A stretch of 64,000 nucleotides of DNA from Actinomycetales bacterium (lineage in GTDB: Bacteria > Actinomycetota > Actinomycetes > S36-B12 > UBA5976). The first letter of the stretch is position 1. Each line of letters begins with the position of its first letter. A model generated the notes under the pieces. The model did no database searches, was not told the DNA's origin, and saw nothing but the letters and a program-made list of their open reading frames with translations. Position numbers and translations under genes: made by a program. The stretch covers positions 186,970-250,969 of the forward strand of contig JAIXQF010000010.1 of assembly GCA_027484085.1 (NCBI GenBank). The letters are read 5' to 3'. Below, piece by piece: positions 55,951-64,000 of this stretch.

Positions 55951-56769
55951 ATGACTTCTGTGCTGGATTCAATCATCCAGGGAGTTAAAGAAGATCTTGA
56001 GGGACGGAGAGCATCAGTCTCGCTAACTGATTTACAAGGTCTGGTAAATGACGTGCCTCGCGCCTTGCCAGCGGCTGATTTACTTCTCAAGAGTCCGTTC
56101 AGTGTTATCTCCGAGGTAAAGCGGGCAAGCCCAAGCAAGGGCCATTTGTCCGACATCCCAGATCCGGCATCACTTGCATTTGAATATCAAAGTGGTGGTG
56201 CGCGCGTAATCAGCGTCCTTACCGAAGAACGCAAATTTAGTGGCAGCCTTGCGGATCTTGATGCAGTGCGGCGAAAAGTTTCAATTCCAATTTTGCGTAA
56301 AGATTTCATGGTTGATGAATATCAAGTTTGGGAAGCGCGAGCTCATGGCGCTGATGTGATCTTGTTAATTGTGGCTGGGCTATCTGATAACCAGCTCGCC
56401 GAACTAAACGCGCTCGCAATTGAACTTGGCATGTCAGTGCTAGTTGAGATTCACGACGAATCTGAACTGGATCGAGCGCTTGCAATCAATCCAAAACTTT
56501 TGGGTGTTAATGCGCGAAATCTCAAGACTCTGGAAGTCAGTCTGGATGTTTGTCACAAGTTGATACCTCGGATTCCTAACGATGTTTTGGCAATTGCCGA
56601 GTCTGGAATTTCAAGCACAGACCAAGTGGAAGCCTTGGTTTTGAGTGGCGCAAGGGCCGTTTTGGTCGGTGAAGCTTTGGTCACGGGTGGTACTCCAGCC
56701 GAAACTGTCGCAGAATGGACTAAGGCGGGACTTCGGGCTCGCGAAGAATTCTTATTGAATCGTTCTTAG
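55951..56769 (+). CDS. trpC: Indole-3-glycerol phosphate synthase
   Basis: VISEVKRASPSKG, LRKDF and ESGI motifs. Confidence 0.92.
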   Translation: MTSVLDSIIQGVKEDLEGRRASVSLTDLQGLVNDVPRALPAADLLLKSPFSVISEVKRASPSKGHLSDIPDPASLAFEYQSGGARVISVLTEERKFSGSLADLDAVRRKVSIPILRKDFMVDEYQVWEARAHGADVILLIVAGLSDNQLAELNALAIELGMSVLVEIHDESELDRALAINPKLLGVNARNLKTLEVSLDVCHKLIPRIPNDVLAIAESGISSTDQVEALVLSGARAVLVGEALVTGGTPAETVAEWTKAGLRAREEFLLNRS

Positions 56770-56780
56770 GACTGGCATAA

Positions 56781-57989
56781 ATGACTGTAGATGAAGTTGT
56801 TTCGGTGCCAGATCTGCGCGGACACTTTGGAAAATTTGGCGGAAGGTTTGTTCCTGAGGCCTTAATGGCAGCTCTTGATGAACTTGATGAGGCTTTTCGG
56901 AAAGCATCAGTTGATCCAGGTTTTATAAAGCAACTTCGTGAACTTCAGGTTAATTACACCGGTCGCCCAAGTCCGATCACTGAAGCCAAGAGATTTTCGC
57001 AGCACGCAGGTGGGGCCACCATTCTGTTGAAGCGCGAAGACTTAAATCACACTGGTTCGCACAAAATTAACAACGTACTTGGCCAAGGATTGCTGACTCA
57101 GCGCATGGGTAAGACGCGAGTGATTGCCGAGACCGGAGCCGGGCAACACGGTGTTGCTACTGCAACAGTCGCAGCGCTACTTGGTCTTGAATGTGTCGTT
57201 TACATGGGTGAAGAAGACACCAAGCGACAAGCACTCAACGTAGCTCGAATGAAGCTGCTTGGCGCAACAGTTGTGCCAGTCACTATTGGTAGCCGAACTC
57301 TTAAAGATGCAATCAATGAAGCTATGCGTGACTGGGTAGCAAATGTCGAGACCACGCATTACATGCTTGGCACAGTTGCCGGTCCCGCTCCATTCCCAGA
57401 AATGGTTCGAGACTTCCATCGCATTATTGGTGATGAATCACGAGAGCAAATGCTTAGTCGATATGGACGGTTACCTGATGTGGTTGCGGCCTGTGTTGGT
57501 GGTGGCTCAAATGCAATCGGAATCTTTACGGCCTTCATTCCTGATGCAAGCGTTCGCTTACTAGGGCTAGAGGCCGGTGGCGAAGGCATTGAAACGGGTC
57601 GTCATGCTTCAACAATTGTTGGTGGGGCAGTTGGTGTATTGCATGGCGCTCGTTCGTACATCATGCAAGACGATGATGGACAAACTATTGAAAGTCATTC
57701 AATTTCGGCCGGGCTTGATTACCCAAGTGTTGGTCCAGAGCATGCGTACCTAGCCGATATCGGACGCGCTGAGTACCGTTCCGTAACCGATGTTGAAGCT
57801 ATGAACGCATTCAAGTTACTTTGCGAAACCGAAGGAATCATTCCTGCGATTGAAACCGCGCATGCGCTAGCCGGTGCCATTGAGATTGGTAAAGAGCTTG
57901 GCGAAGGCGCCATCATTCTGATTAATCTTTCGGGCCGTGGTGACAAAGACGTTGAAACGGCTGCGAAGTACTTCGGAATGAACCTATGA
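56781..57989 (+). CDS. trpB: Tryptophan synthase beta chain
   Basis: [16 protein letters not shown] (PLP lysine), GAGQHG and GGGSNA. Confidence 0.95.
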   Translation: MTVDEVVSVPDLRGHFGKFGGRFVPEALMAALDELDEAFRKASVDPGFIKQLRELQVNYTGRPSPITEAKRFSQHAGGATILLKREDLNHTGSHKINNVLGQGLLTQRMGKTRVIAETGAGQHGVATATVAALLGLECVVYMGEEDTKRQALNVARMKLLGATVVPVTIGSRTLKDAINEAMRDWVANVETTHYMLGTVAGPAPFPEMVRDFHRIIGDESREQMLSRYGRLPDVVAACVGGGSNAIGIFTAFIPDASVRLLGLEAGGEGIETGRHASTIVGGAVGVLHGARSYIMQDDDGQTIESHSISAGLDYPSVGPEHAYLADIGRAEYRSVTDVEAMNAFKLLCETEGIIPAIETAHALAGAIEIGKELGEGAIILINLSGRGDKDVETAAKYFGMNL

Positions 57990-58765
57990 GTTCACTTCAC
58001 GATGCCTTTGCTCGCGCTAAGTCGGAGAATCGCGCAGCGCTCATTGCATATCTGCCAGCTGGTTACCCTTCGGAAGACGGAGCCGTTGAATGCATTGCTG
58101 CAATGGTCGAGGGTGGCGTGGATATTGTCGAAATCGGTTTCCCCTACAGCGACCCTGTTATGGATGGTCCGACAATTCAGGATGCAGTGAACATTTCACT
58201 TGAAGGTGGAACAAAGTCGGCAACGGTAATCAATACCGTCAAGCGAGTTTCTGAGCTTGGTGTTCCAGCCTTAGTTATGTCTTACTGGAATCCAATTGAG
58301 CGTTATGGCGTAGATGCCTTTGCGGCAGATTTTCATGCTGCAGGTGGGGTTGGAGTTATCACGCCAGATTTAACTCCAGAAGAGGCCGAGGATTGGATTA
58401 CTTCGACCAATTCAAACGATGTCGATCGAGTCTTTTTAGTTGCACTGTCCAGTTCCGATGAACGTATTGCAAAAGTGGCAAATGCAACTACTGGATTCAT
58501 TTATGCCGGAGCCGTTATGGGAGTAACTGGCGCTCGCACCTCGGTTTCTGATGCGATTGAAGGCTTGGTCGCCAAAGTCCGACGTCACAGCGATCTTCCG
58601 GTGGCGGTAGGACTTGGGGTTTCAACGCCAGAACAGGCTCATGAAATTGCTCAGTATGCCGATGGCGTGATTGTGGGTAGCGCATTTGTAACGGCAATCA
58701 AGAATGACGGTCCGGCTGGCGCAAAGGCGCTGGCTCAGGCGTTATCTCAAGGCCTATCTCGATAA
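57986..58765 (+). CDS. trpA: Tryptophan synthase alpha chain
   Basis: [17 protein letters not shown] and [17 protein letters not shown] overlap with trpB. Confidence 0.92.
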   Translation: MSSLHDAFARAKSENRAALIAYLPAGYPSEDGAVECIAAMVEGGVDIVEIGFPYSDPVMDGPTIQDAVNISLEGGTKSATVINTVKRVSELGVPALVMSYWNPIERYGVDAFAADFHAAGGVGVITPDLTPEEAEDWITSTNSNDVDRVFLVALSSSDERIAKVANATTGFIYAGAVMGVTGARTSVSDAIEGLVAKVRRHSDLPVAVGLGVSTPEQAHEIAQYADGVIVGSAFVTAIKNDGPAGAKALAQALSQGLSR

Positions 58766-58869
58766 ATCCGCTCGCATTTGGTTCGTTTCTGCGCTGGTGA
58801 AAGTGCGACATAATTGAAGCACTGTAAGTTATTTATTAACAAACAACCTTGATCATTAATGGAGTTTTC

Positions 58870-59679
58870 ATGTCACAAGAAAACATGAGTGCCAAGGCCG
58901 CGAAAGCCGCTGCAGCCGCTGCCCGTCAAGAAGCCGCCGCAATTGAACAAAAGCGTCAGCGCAAGATTCGGATCATTGGCGGACTTGTAGTTGTTGCCGT
59001 GATGGCAGCCTTGATCGCAATTCCACTGCTATCCAATAAGGATGCAGTTATTCCTTCAGATTCTGCGTTACCAAAGGGCGTAACTTCAGATACTTATGGC
59101 GTCAAGGTTGGCTCTGCCTGGACTGCAACAGATGCAGACAAGATTCCAGTACTTCAACTCTGGGAAGATTTTCAATGTCCAGCTTGCGCCCGATTCGAAG
59201 CCGCTTCTGGGTCTGCAATCCAAAGCTTGATCGATGCTGGGAAAGTTCGCGTTGAATACCGGCCAACAATTTTCCTAGATAAAAATCTAGTTTCCTCAAA
59301 TACTGCTGCCGGAAACCCGGACTCCTCAAAGCGCGCGACTATGGCTTTCGGATGTGCAGTTGATGCAGATGCCGCAGATAAATTTCATGCCGGTGTGTTC
59401 GCAAATCAACCAGCCGAAGAAGGCACGGGATTTTCCACCGATACTTTGATTACGATTGCCGAATCCTCTGGTATCTCGGGGGATGCGTTAGCAACATTTA
59501 AAGACTGCCTCTCGTCCGAAAAGTACGCAGGTTGGGTTGCTAACTCATACGCAGCATTCGATTCAGAAGGCGTTTCATCAACACCAACTGGAGTGCTAAA
59601 CGGTGAAGAACTAGCTGGCGAAGTATTGTTTGATCCAGCTCAATTGACCGCGGCAATTGAAGCTGCAACAAAGAGCTAA
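58870..59679 (+). CDS. Membrane-anchored DsbA-like thiol:disulfide oxidoreductase
   Basis: N-terminal TM anchor (IIGGLVVVAVMAALIAIPLL) and the thioredoxin-fold active site WEDFQCPACARFE. The ATG at 58870 follows a GGAG RBS. Confidence 0.75.
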   Translation: MSQENMSAKAAKAAAAAARQEAAAIEQKRQRKIRIIGGLVVVAVMAALIAIPLLSNKDAVIPSDSALPKGVTSDTYGVKVGSAWTATDADKIPVLQLWEDFQCPACARFEAASGSAIQSLIDAGKVRVEYRPTIFLDKNLVSSNTAAGNPDSSKRATMAFGCAVDADAADKFHAGVFANQPAEEGTGFSTDTLITIAESSGISGDALATFKDCLSSEKYAGWVANSYAAFDSEGVSSTPTGVLNGEELAGEVLFDPAQLTAAIEAATKS

Positions 59680-59695
59680 GTGATTTAGCAACTTC

Positions 59696-60685
59696 ATGAA
59701 CTTGATTCCAGCTTTCATTCCAAGTCCGTCGCAAAGCGTCTGGCAACTTGGTCCGATTCCGCTTCGGGCATATGCCTTTTTTATTCTCGTTGGCATTTTC
59801 TTGGCGGTTTGGCTTGGAAATCGACGTTGGGTGGCCCGCGGTGGCTTAAACGGACAAGTTGCTGATATCGCAATGTGGGCTGTCCCATTTGGAATAATCG
59901 GCGGCCGTCTGTATCACGTGATTACTGACTGGGAACTCTATTTCAGTGAAGGCGGAAAAGGCTTCCTCGGAGCGTTTCGAATTTGGGAAGGCGGCCTTGG
60001 AATTTGGGGTGCGCTTGCCTTAGGTGGCGTTGGAGCTTGGATCGGAGCCAAGAGACTTGGCGTATCGTTTGCACCGTTTGCAGATTCGATTGCGCCAGGA
60101 GTTGCGTTTGCACAAGCGATCGGACGATTAGGAAACTGGTTTAACCAAGAACTATTTGGTCGGCCAACGACATTGCCGTGGGGACTTGAAATTGCAACCG
60201 AGAATCGTCCAACTGAATTCACACAGTTTGAAACCTTTCATCCAACTTTCCTCTACGAAGCACTTGCCTGTGTCGCAATCGGATTCTTGATTATTTGGGC
60301 AGACAAGCGATATGTAATGGGACACGGTCGTGTGTTTGCTTTGTATGCAGCTCTGTATTGCTCAGCTCGAGGATTGATTGAAACCATGCGGATCGATGAT
60401 GCGCGACACATCCTCGGGATTCGCTTCAATGTGTTTACAGCGCTTGTGATTGGAGCTTTGGCCCTTATTTATCTGACCAGGTCGAGCGAGAAGAATCCAG
60501 GACGTGAGCTCATGTCTGGCGGCAAATTGGTAATTGAAGGTCAAGAGCCTGCGGCGTTAATCTCCACAAATGGTGAGCCTGAAGGCGAAGTTTCTAAGAA
60601 TTCAGATTCGAGAGCAAATAGTTTGTCTGCCGTTAATTCATCCGAAACCCCGAAGCGTGGTCGAAGAGCAAAACCTAAGGGCTAG
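59696..60685 (+). CDS. lgt: Prolipoprotein diacylglyceryl transferase
   Basis: GGRLYHV, GGLGIWGA and GRLGNWFNQELFGRPT motifs, with a Lys/Arg-rich C-terminal tail. Confidence 0.9.
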   Translation: MNLIPAFIPSPSQSVWQLGPIPLRAYAFFILVGIFLAVWLGNRRWVARGGLNGQVADIAMWAVPFGIIGGRLYHVITDWELYFSEGGKGFLGAFRIWEGGLGIWGALALGGVGAWIGAKRLGVSFAPFADSIAPGVAFAQAIGRLGNWFNQELFGRPTTLPWGLEIATENRPTEFTQFETFHPTFLYEALACVAIGFLIIWADKRYVMGHGRVFALYAALYCSARGLIETMRIDDARHILGIRFNVFTALVIGALALIYLTRSSEKNPGRELMSGGKLVIEGQEPAALISTNGEPEGEVSKNSDSRANSLSAVNSSETPKRGRRAKPKG

Positions 60686-60757
60686 CCACATTCAAAGACC
60701 AAGGCTTTCCTAGATTCAAGCGGTAAACTAAGAATTAATCTCTTGATAGGAATTCCT

Positions 60758-62185
60758 GTGCGCCGCGCGAAAATTGTTTGCACCCTAGGCCCTGCTACTG
60801 CCACCTCGGAAATCATTAATGGTCTAGTCGAAGCCGGTATGAACGTTGCTCGATTAAACCTTTCCCACGGCGATCAATCGGTTCACGCTAATTCTTATGA
60901 CTTGGTGCGTGCTGCTTCAGCCGCCTCTGGCAAAGGTGTTGGAATCCTTGCAGATTTACAAGGTCCAAAGATTAGACTCGCACGATTTCAATCAGGCCCG
61001 GTCGCACTTAACTTAGGTGATTTGTTCACCATTACTACCCGTGATGTTCCAGGTGATGCAACGATTTGTGGGACAACTTATTCGGGTCTTCCAGGTGATT
61101 GTAAAGTTGGCGATCGCATTCTGATTGATGACGGCAAGGTCGGCTTAGAGGTCTTAGAAGTTACTTCAGATTCAGTTGTCACCAAAGTTACCGAAGCTGG
61201 AACGGTAAGTGACAACAAGGGAATTAACTTGCCAGGCGTTGCGGTAAGCGTCCCGGCGCTTTCAGAGAAAGATATATCTGATTTACGTTGGGCTCTAAAG
61301 CAAGGTGTCGACATGATCGCACTTTCTTTTGTAAGAAGCGCTGCTGACATTAATGACGTTCACCAGATCATGGATGAAGAAGGACGCCGTATCCCGGTTA
61401 TCGCCAAAATCGAAAAACCACAGGCGGTAGAAAATCTGCAAGAAATCATTGACGCCTTTGATGGCATTATGGTTGCGCGTGGAGATCTTGGCGTAGAGCT
61501 TCCGCTTGAACAGGTACCAATGGTTCAAAAGCGTGCAATTGAACTTGCTCGAGCAGCTACAAAGCCAGTAATTGTCGCTACCCAAATGCTTGATTCAATG
61601 ATTAATTCAAATCGCCCAACACGTGCTGAAGCTAGTGACGTGGCAAACGCAGTACTTGATGGTGCGGATGCATTAATGCTTTCAGGTGAAACCAGCATTG
61701 GAATCGATCCAATACATGTGGTTGACACTATGAGTCGGATTATTTCTCACATTGAAGCCGAAGCTCTTGAGAAACTTCCCAAACTTGCTGATGATGCGCA
61801 GGGCCAAACTGCTAAGGCGATGTGTCTGGCGGCAGTCGATGTTGCAACCCACGTAGAAGCAGTTAGCTTGGTTGCGTTTACCGAAACTGGTAGTTCGGCC
61901 AGATTGGTTGCGCGCCACCGCAGTCGAACTCGCTTAATGGCTTTCACGCCAGACGTAGCGGTACGTAACCAGTTGTCATTGGTCTGGGGGACTGAAACCT
62001 TTTTGGTTGATCGGGTAACCCACACTGACCAAATGGTTGCGCAACTCGACAAGATTCTCTTGGAGTTCGGAATTTTCAAAATGCATGACCCAATCGTGGT
62101 TATTGCAGGGGTTCCGCCAGGCGTACCGGGCTCAACAAATGGCATGAGAGTACACAAATTGGGGCATGGCGCAGATAACGCTTAA
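60758..62185 (+). CDS. pyk: Pyruvate kinase
   Basis: (M)RRAKIVCTLGPAT, NLSHG, MVARGDLGVE and MLSGETS. I preferred the GTG at 60758 over the TTG at 60743. The last 13 nt of the CDS, including the stop codon, lie inside the first unit of the 47-bp repeat. Confidence 0.92.
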   Translation: MRRAKIVCTLGPATATSEIINGLVEAGMNVARLNLSHGDQSVHANSYDLVRAASAASGKGVGILADLQGPKIRLARFQSGPVALNLGDLFTITTRDVPGDATICGTTYSGLPGDCKVGDRILIDDGKVGLEVLEVTSDSVVTKVTEAGTVSDNKGINLPGVAVSVPALSEKDISDLRWALKQGVDMIALSFVRSAADINDVHQIMDEEGRRIPVIAKIEKPQAVENLQEIIDAFDGIMVARGDLGVELPLEQVPMVQKRAIELARAATKPVIVATQMLDSMINSNRPTRAEASDVANAVLDGADALMLSGETSIGIDPIHVVDTMSRIISHIEAEALEKLPKLADDAQGQTAKAMCLAAVDVATHVEAVSLVAFTETGSSARLVARHRSRTRLMAFTPDVAVRNQLSLVWGTETFLVDRVTHTDQMVAQLDKILLEFGIFKMHDPIVVIAGVPPGVPGSTNGMRVHKLGHGADNA

Positions 62186-62379
62186 GCGTGATCTGCGCCC
62201 AATAAGCACTGCGCAACCCAGATAACGCTTAAGCGTGATCTGCGCCCAATAAGCACTGCGCAACCCAGATAACGCGTAAGCGTGATCTGCGCCCAATAAG
62301 CACTGCGCAACCCAGATAACGCGTAAGCGTGATCTGCGCCCAATAAGCACTGTGCAACCCAGATAACGCTTAAGCGTGA
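62173..62379. repeat. 47-bp tandem repeat, 4 full units plus a 19-bp partial unit (MIRU/VNTR-like)
   Basis: Unit AGATAACGC(T/G)TAAGCGTGATCTGCGCCCAATAAGCACTG(C/T)GCAACCC starts at 62173, 62220, 62267, 62314 and 62361 (partial). Units 1, 2 and 5 carry the perfect 12-bp palindrome ACGCTTAAGCGT. Units 3 and 4 have T->G. Confidence 0.95.
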
Positions 62380-62440
62380 AGTCGATGTGCCGAATTTCCA
62401 ACCAGCCTGCTACAGTAAGGAAAGCTTGAAAGCACGCCAT

Positions 62441-62472
62441 CCTTTAACACCTGTCCCGTGAGGCAGGAAAGG
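62441..62472 (+). promoter_or_regulatory. PyrR-binding RNA hairpin overlapping the pyrR Shine-Dalgarno
   Basis: CCUUUAACACCUGUCCCGUGAGGCAGGAAAGG. Lower stem CCUUU/AAAGG, upper stem CCUG/CAGG, loop UCCCGUGAGG (compare the PyrR consensus loop UCCAGAGAGG). The stem includes the first bases of GGAGG (62471-75), with the ATG at 62483. Confidence 0.7.
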
Positions 62473-62482
62473 AGGTAAGAAG

Positions 62483-63040
62483 ATGACGCACGACTTTGAG
62501 CCACAAGGACACGTAGTCCTTGATTCCAGCGATATCTCTCGCGCCCTAACCCGTTTAGCTCATGAAATTGTTGAGCGCACTCAAGGCGCCACAAATTTAA
62601 CTTTGATGGGTATCCCAACTCGAGGGGCCTTCCTGGCAACTCGTCTCAGTGAGAAGATTTCCGAAATCCAAGGCAGCCCAGTTTCTGTCGGCGCAATTGA
62701 CATCACCATGTATCGAGATGACCTGAGGTCACGTCCGGCGCGCGCACTGCTACCTACAACTATCCCGCCCGAAGGCATCGAAGGTCGCCTGGTGATCTTG
62801 GTAGACGACGTGCTTTTCTCGGGACGCACTATTCGTGCAGCTCTTGATGCAATCTCTGAGCATGGACGTCCAGAACTGGTTCAACTCGCTGTCCTAGTGG
62901 ATCGCGGACATCGCGAACTTCCGATTCGTGCTGACTACGTAGGTAAGAATCTTCCAACTTCTCGAACTGAAAAAATTCAAGTCAATTTGATTGAACATGA
63001 TGGCATTGACGAAGTGCGAATCGAGCGTGAATCTTCATGA
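62483..63040 (+). CDS. pyrR: Bifunctional pyrimidine operon regulator / uracil phosphoribosyltransferase PyrR
   Basis: 185 aa with LMGIPTRG and the [21 protein letters not shown]-binding motif. Confidence 0.92.
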   Translation: MTHDFEPQGHVVLDSSDISRALTRLAHEIVERTQGATNLTLMGIPTRGAFLATRLSEKISEIQGSPVSVGAIDITMYRDDLRSRPARALLPTTIPPEGIEGRLVILVDDVLFSGRTIRAALDAISEHGRPELVQLAVLVDRGHRELPIRADYVGKNLPTSRTEKIQVNLIEHDGIDEVRIERESS

Positions 63041-63972
63041 AGCACCTACTGAGCGCCGCTGACTTAGGTTACGACGATGCAATCTTGATTTTGGACACCG
63101 CCAAGCAACTTGCAGCTGCCACCGAGCAAGGCGTTGGCAAGTTACCACCGTTGCGTGGACGTACGGTTGTCAACCTGTTTTATGAAGATTCAACCCGAAC
63201 CCGAATATCTTTTGAAGCTGCCGCAAAGCGATTAAGTGCAGATGTCATTAACTTCTCGGCAAAGGGTTCCAGTGTTTCAAAAGGTGAAAGCCTTAAGGAC
63301 ACCGCGCTCACGCTTGAAGCCATGGGCGCAGATGCGGTCGTAATTAGACACAACAGCAGTGGCGCGCCACATCGTCTTGCAAATGCCGGGTGGATTTCTG
63401 GGGGAGTTGTTAATGCAGGCGACGGAACTCATGAGCACCCAACCCAAGCATTGCTAGATGCCTTCACACTCCGAAATCATCTAAGAAATGGTGACGGTGA
63501 CTTAAAGGGCGTAAATGTGACCATCGTTGGTGACGTGTTGCATAGTCGAGTGGCTCGTTCCAACGTTCTGCTACTAAACACTTTGGGCGCCAAAGTTCGG
63601 TTAGTAGCGCCGCCAACATTACTTCCGTACGGCATTGAAGATTGGGACTGCGAAGTTTCTTATGACCTTGACGCATCGCTTGAAGGTTCCGACGCAGTAA
63701 TGATGTTGCGCGTACAGCGAGAGCGAATGAATGCCGCATACTTCCCAAATGCACATGAATACAGCAGTCGGTATGGATTGAATGTGACTCGCATGAATCG
63801 TTTGGCAGAATCGGCGATCGTCATGCACCCAGGCCCAATGAACCGAGGTATGGAAATTTCCGCCGATGTGGCTGATTCAGACCGCTCTGTCATTGTCGAG
63901 CAGGTTGCAAATGGCGTAAGCGTGCGTATGGCAGTCCTGTACTTAATTCTCGGCGGATCGGAGTCAAAGTAA
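63037..63972 (+). CDS. pyrB: Aspartate carbamoyltransferase catalytic subunit
   Basis: [19 protein letters not shown] and HPGPMNRG motifs. ATGA overlap with pyrR. Confidence 0.93.
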   Translation: MKHLLSAADLGYDDAILILDTAKQLAAATEQGVGKLPPLRGRTVVNLFYEDSTRTRISFEAAAKRLSADVINFSAKGSSVSKGESLKDTALTLEAMGADAVVIRHNSSGAPHRLANAGWISGGVVNAGDGTHEHPTQALLDAFTLRNHLRNGDGDLKGVNVTIVGDVLHSRVARSNVLLLNTLGAKVRLVAPPTLLPYGIEDWDCEVSYDLDASLEGSDAVMMLRVQRERMNAAYFPNAHEYSSRYGLNVTRMNRLAESAIVMHPGPMNRGMEISADVADSDRSVIVEQVANGVSVRMAVLYLILGGSESK

Positions 63973-64000
63973 TGACGAGCTACGTAATTAAAGATGTCGC
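63972..64000 (+). CDS. pyrC: Start of dihydroorotase (3' end outside window)
   Basis: The ATG at 63972 overlaps the pyrB TAA (TAATG). MTSYVIKDV... fits a dihydroorotase N-terminus and the conserved pyrR-pyrB-pyrC order. Only 9 codons are visible. Confidence 0.5.

Noticed and set aside
62173-62379. Possible CRISPR array
   Set aside because: The repeats are directly adjacent with no unique spacers, the period is 47 bp, and no cas genes are nearby. This is a tandem repeat/VNTR, not a CRISPR array.
62132-62440. 102-aa minus-strand ORF with an internally repeated peptide (LKRYLGC.VLIGRRSRL)
   Set aside because: It is simply the 47-bp tandem repeat read in an open frame. The periodic peptide, the lack of an RBS and the overlap with the pyk 3' end indicate an artefact of the repeat, not a gene.
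1-64000. Mobile elements, prophage, defence islands, tRNA/rRNA genes
   Set aside because: No integrase, transposase or recombinase-like ORFs, no terminal inverted repeats and no tRNA-like T-arm (GGTTCGAATCC-type) sequences were seen in intergenic regions. Gene content is core and syntenic with other actinobacteria.

Overview
This 64 kb window is a chromosomal segment from an Actinomycetota-type genome with moderate to low GC. It is tightly packed, with many 1-4 nt start/stop overlaps, and nearly all genes are core genes. As I recall, gene order is collinear with the Mycobacterium Rv2145c-Rv2166c, Rv1536-Rv1547, Rv1599-Rv1617 and pyrR-pyrB-pyrC regions. In order, the window holds: (1) a 5'-truncated surface-protein gene. 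(2) An amine/polyamine-type catabolic cluster at 0.5-9.6 kb, with an Lrp/AsnC regulator, a class-III aminotransferase, a PNPOx-like flavoprotein, two DAO-family FAD oxidoreductases, an aldehyde dehydrogenase, an HDAC-family amidohydrolase and an EamA transporter. (3) An operon at 9.7-15.4 kb fronted by a perfect LexA box, encoding two small uncharacterised proteins, a DnaE2-like polymerase and a catalytically intact DinB. (4) Genes for a DUF3040 protein, a MaoC dehydratase and a secreted hydrolase-like protein. (5) The full dcw cluster mraZ-rsmH-ftsL-ftsI-murE-murF-mraY-murD-ftsW-murG-murC-ftsQ-ftsZ, then pgeF-yggS-sepF-yggT-divIVA. (6) ileS on the minus strand with a T-box leader, then a DdbA-like H1/DksA fusion, lspA, rluD, dnaE1 and ybaK. 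(7) hisDCBH-priA-hisF-hisI fused to trpE-(membrane genes)-TCS-trpCBA. (8) A dsbA-like gene, lgt, pyk, a 47-bp tandem-repeat array, and pyrR (with a PyrR-binding leader hairpin), pyrB and the start of pyrC. I saw no rRNA, tRNA, CRISPR array, transposase or integrase. The best candidate for something undescribed is the SOS-box operon, which pairs DnaE2 and DinB with two small proteins instead of ImuA/ImuB. Other non-coding signals worth a look are a 92-nt near-perfect hairpin between mraZ and rsmH, phased G-rich repeats in the mraZ promoter, and three separate tandem duplications. All calls come from reading the sequence and ORF translations by eye; no searches were run.
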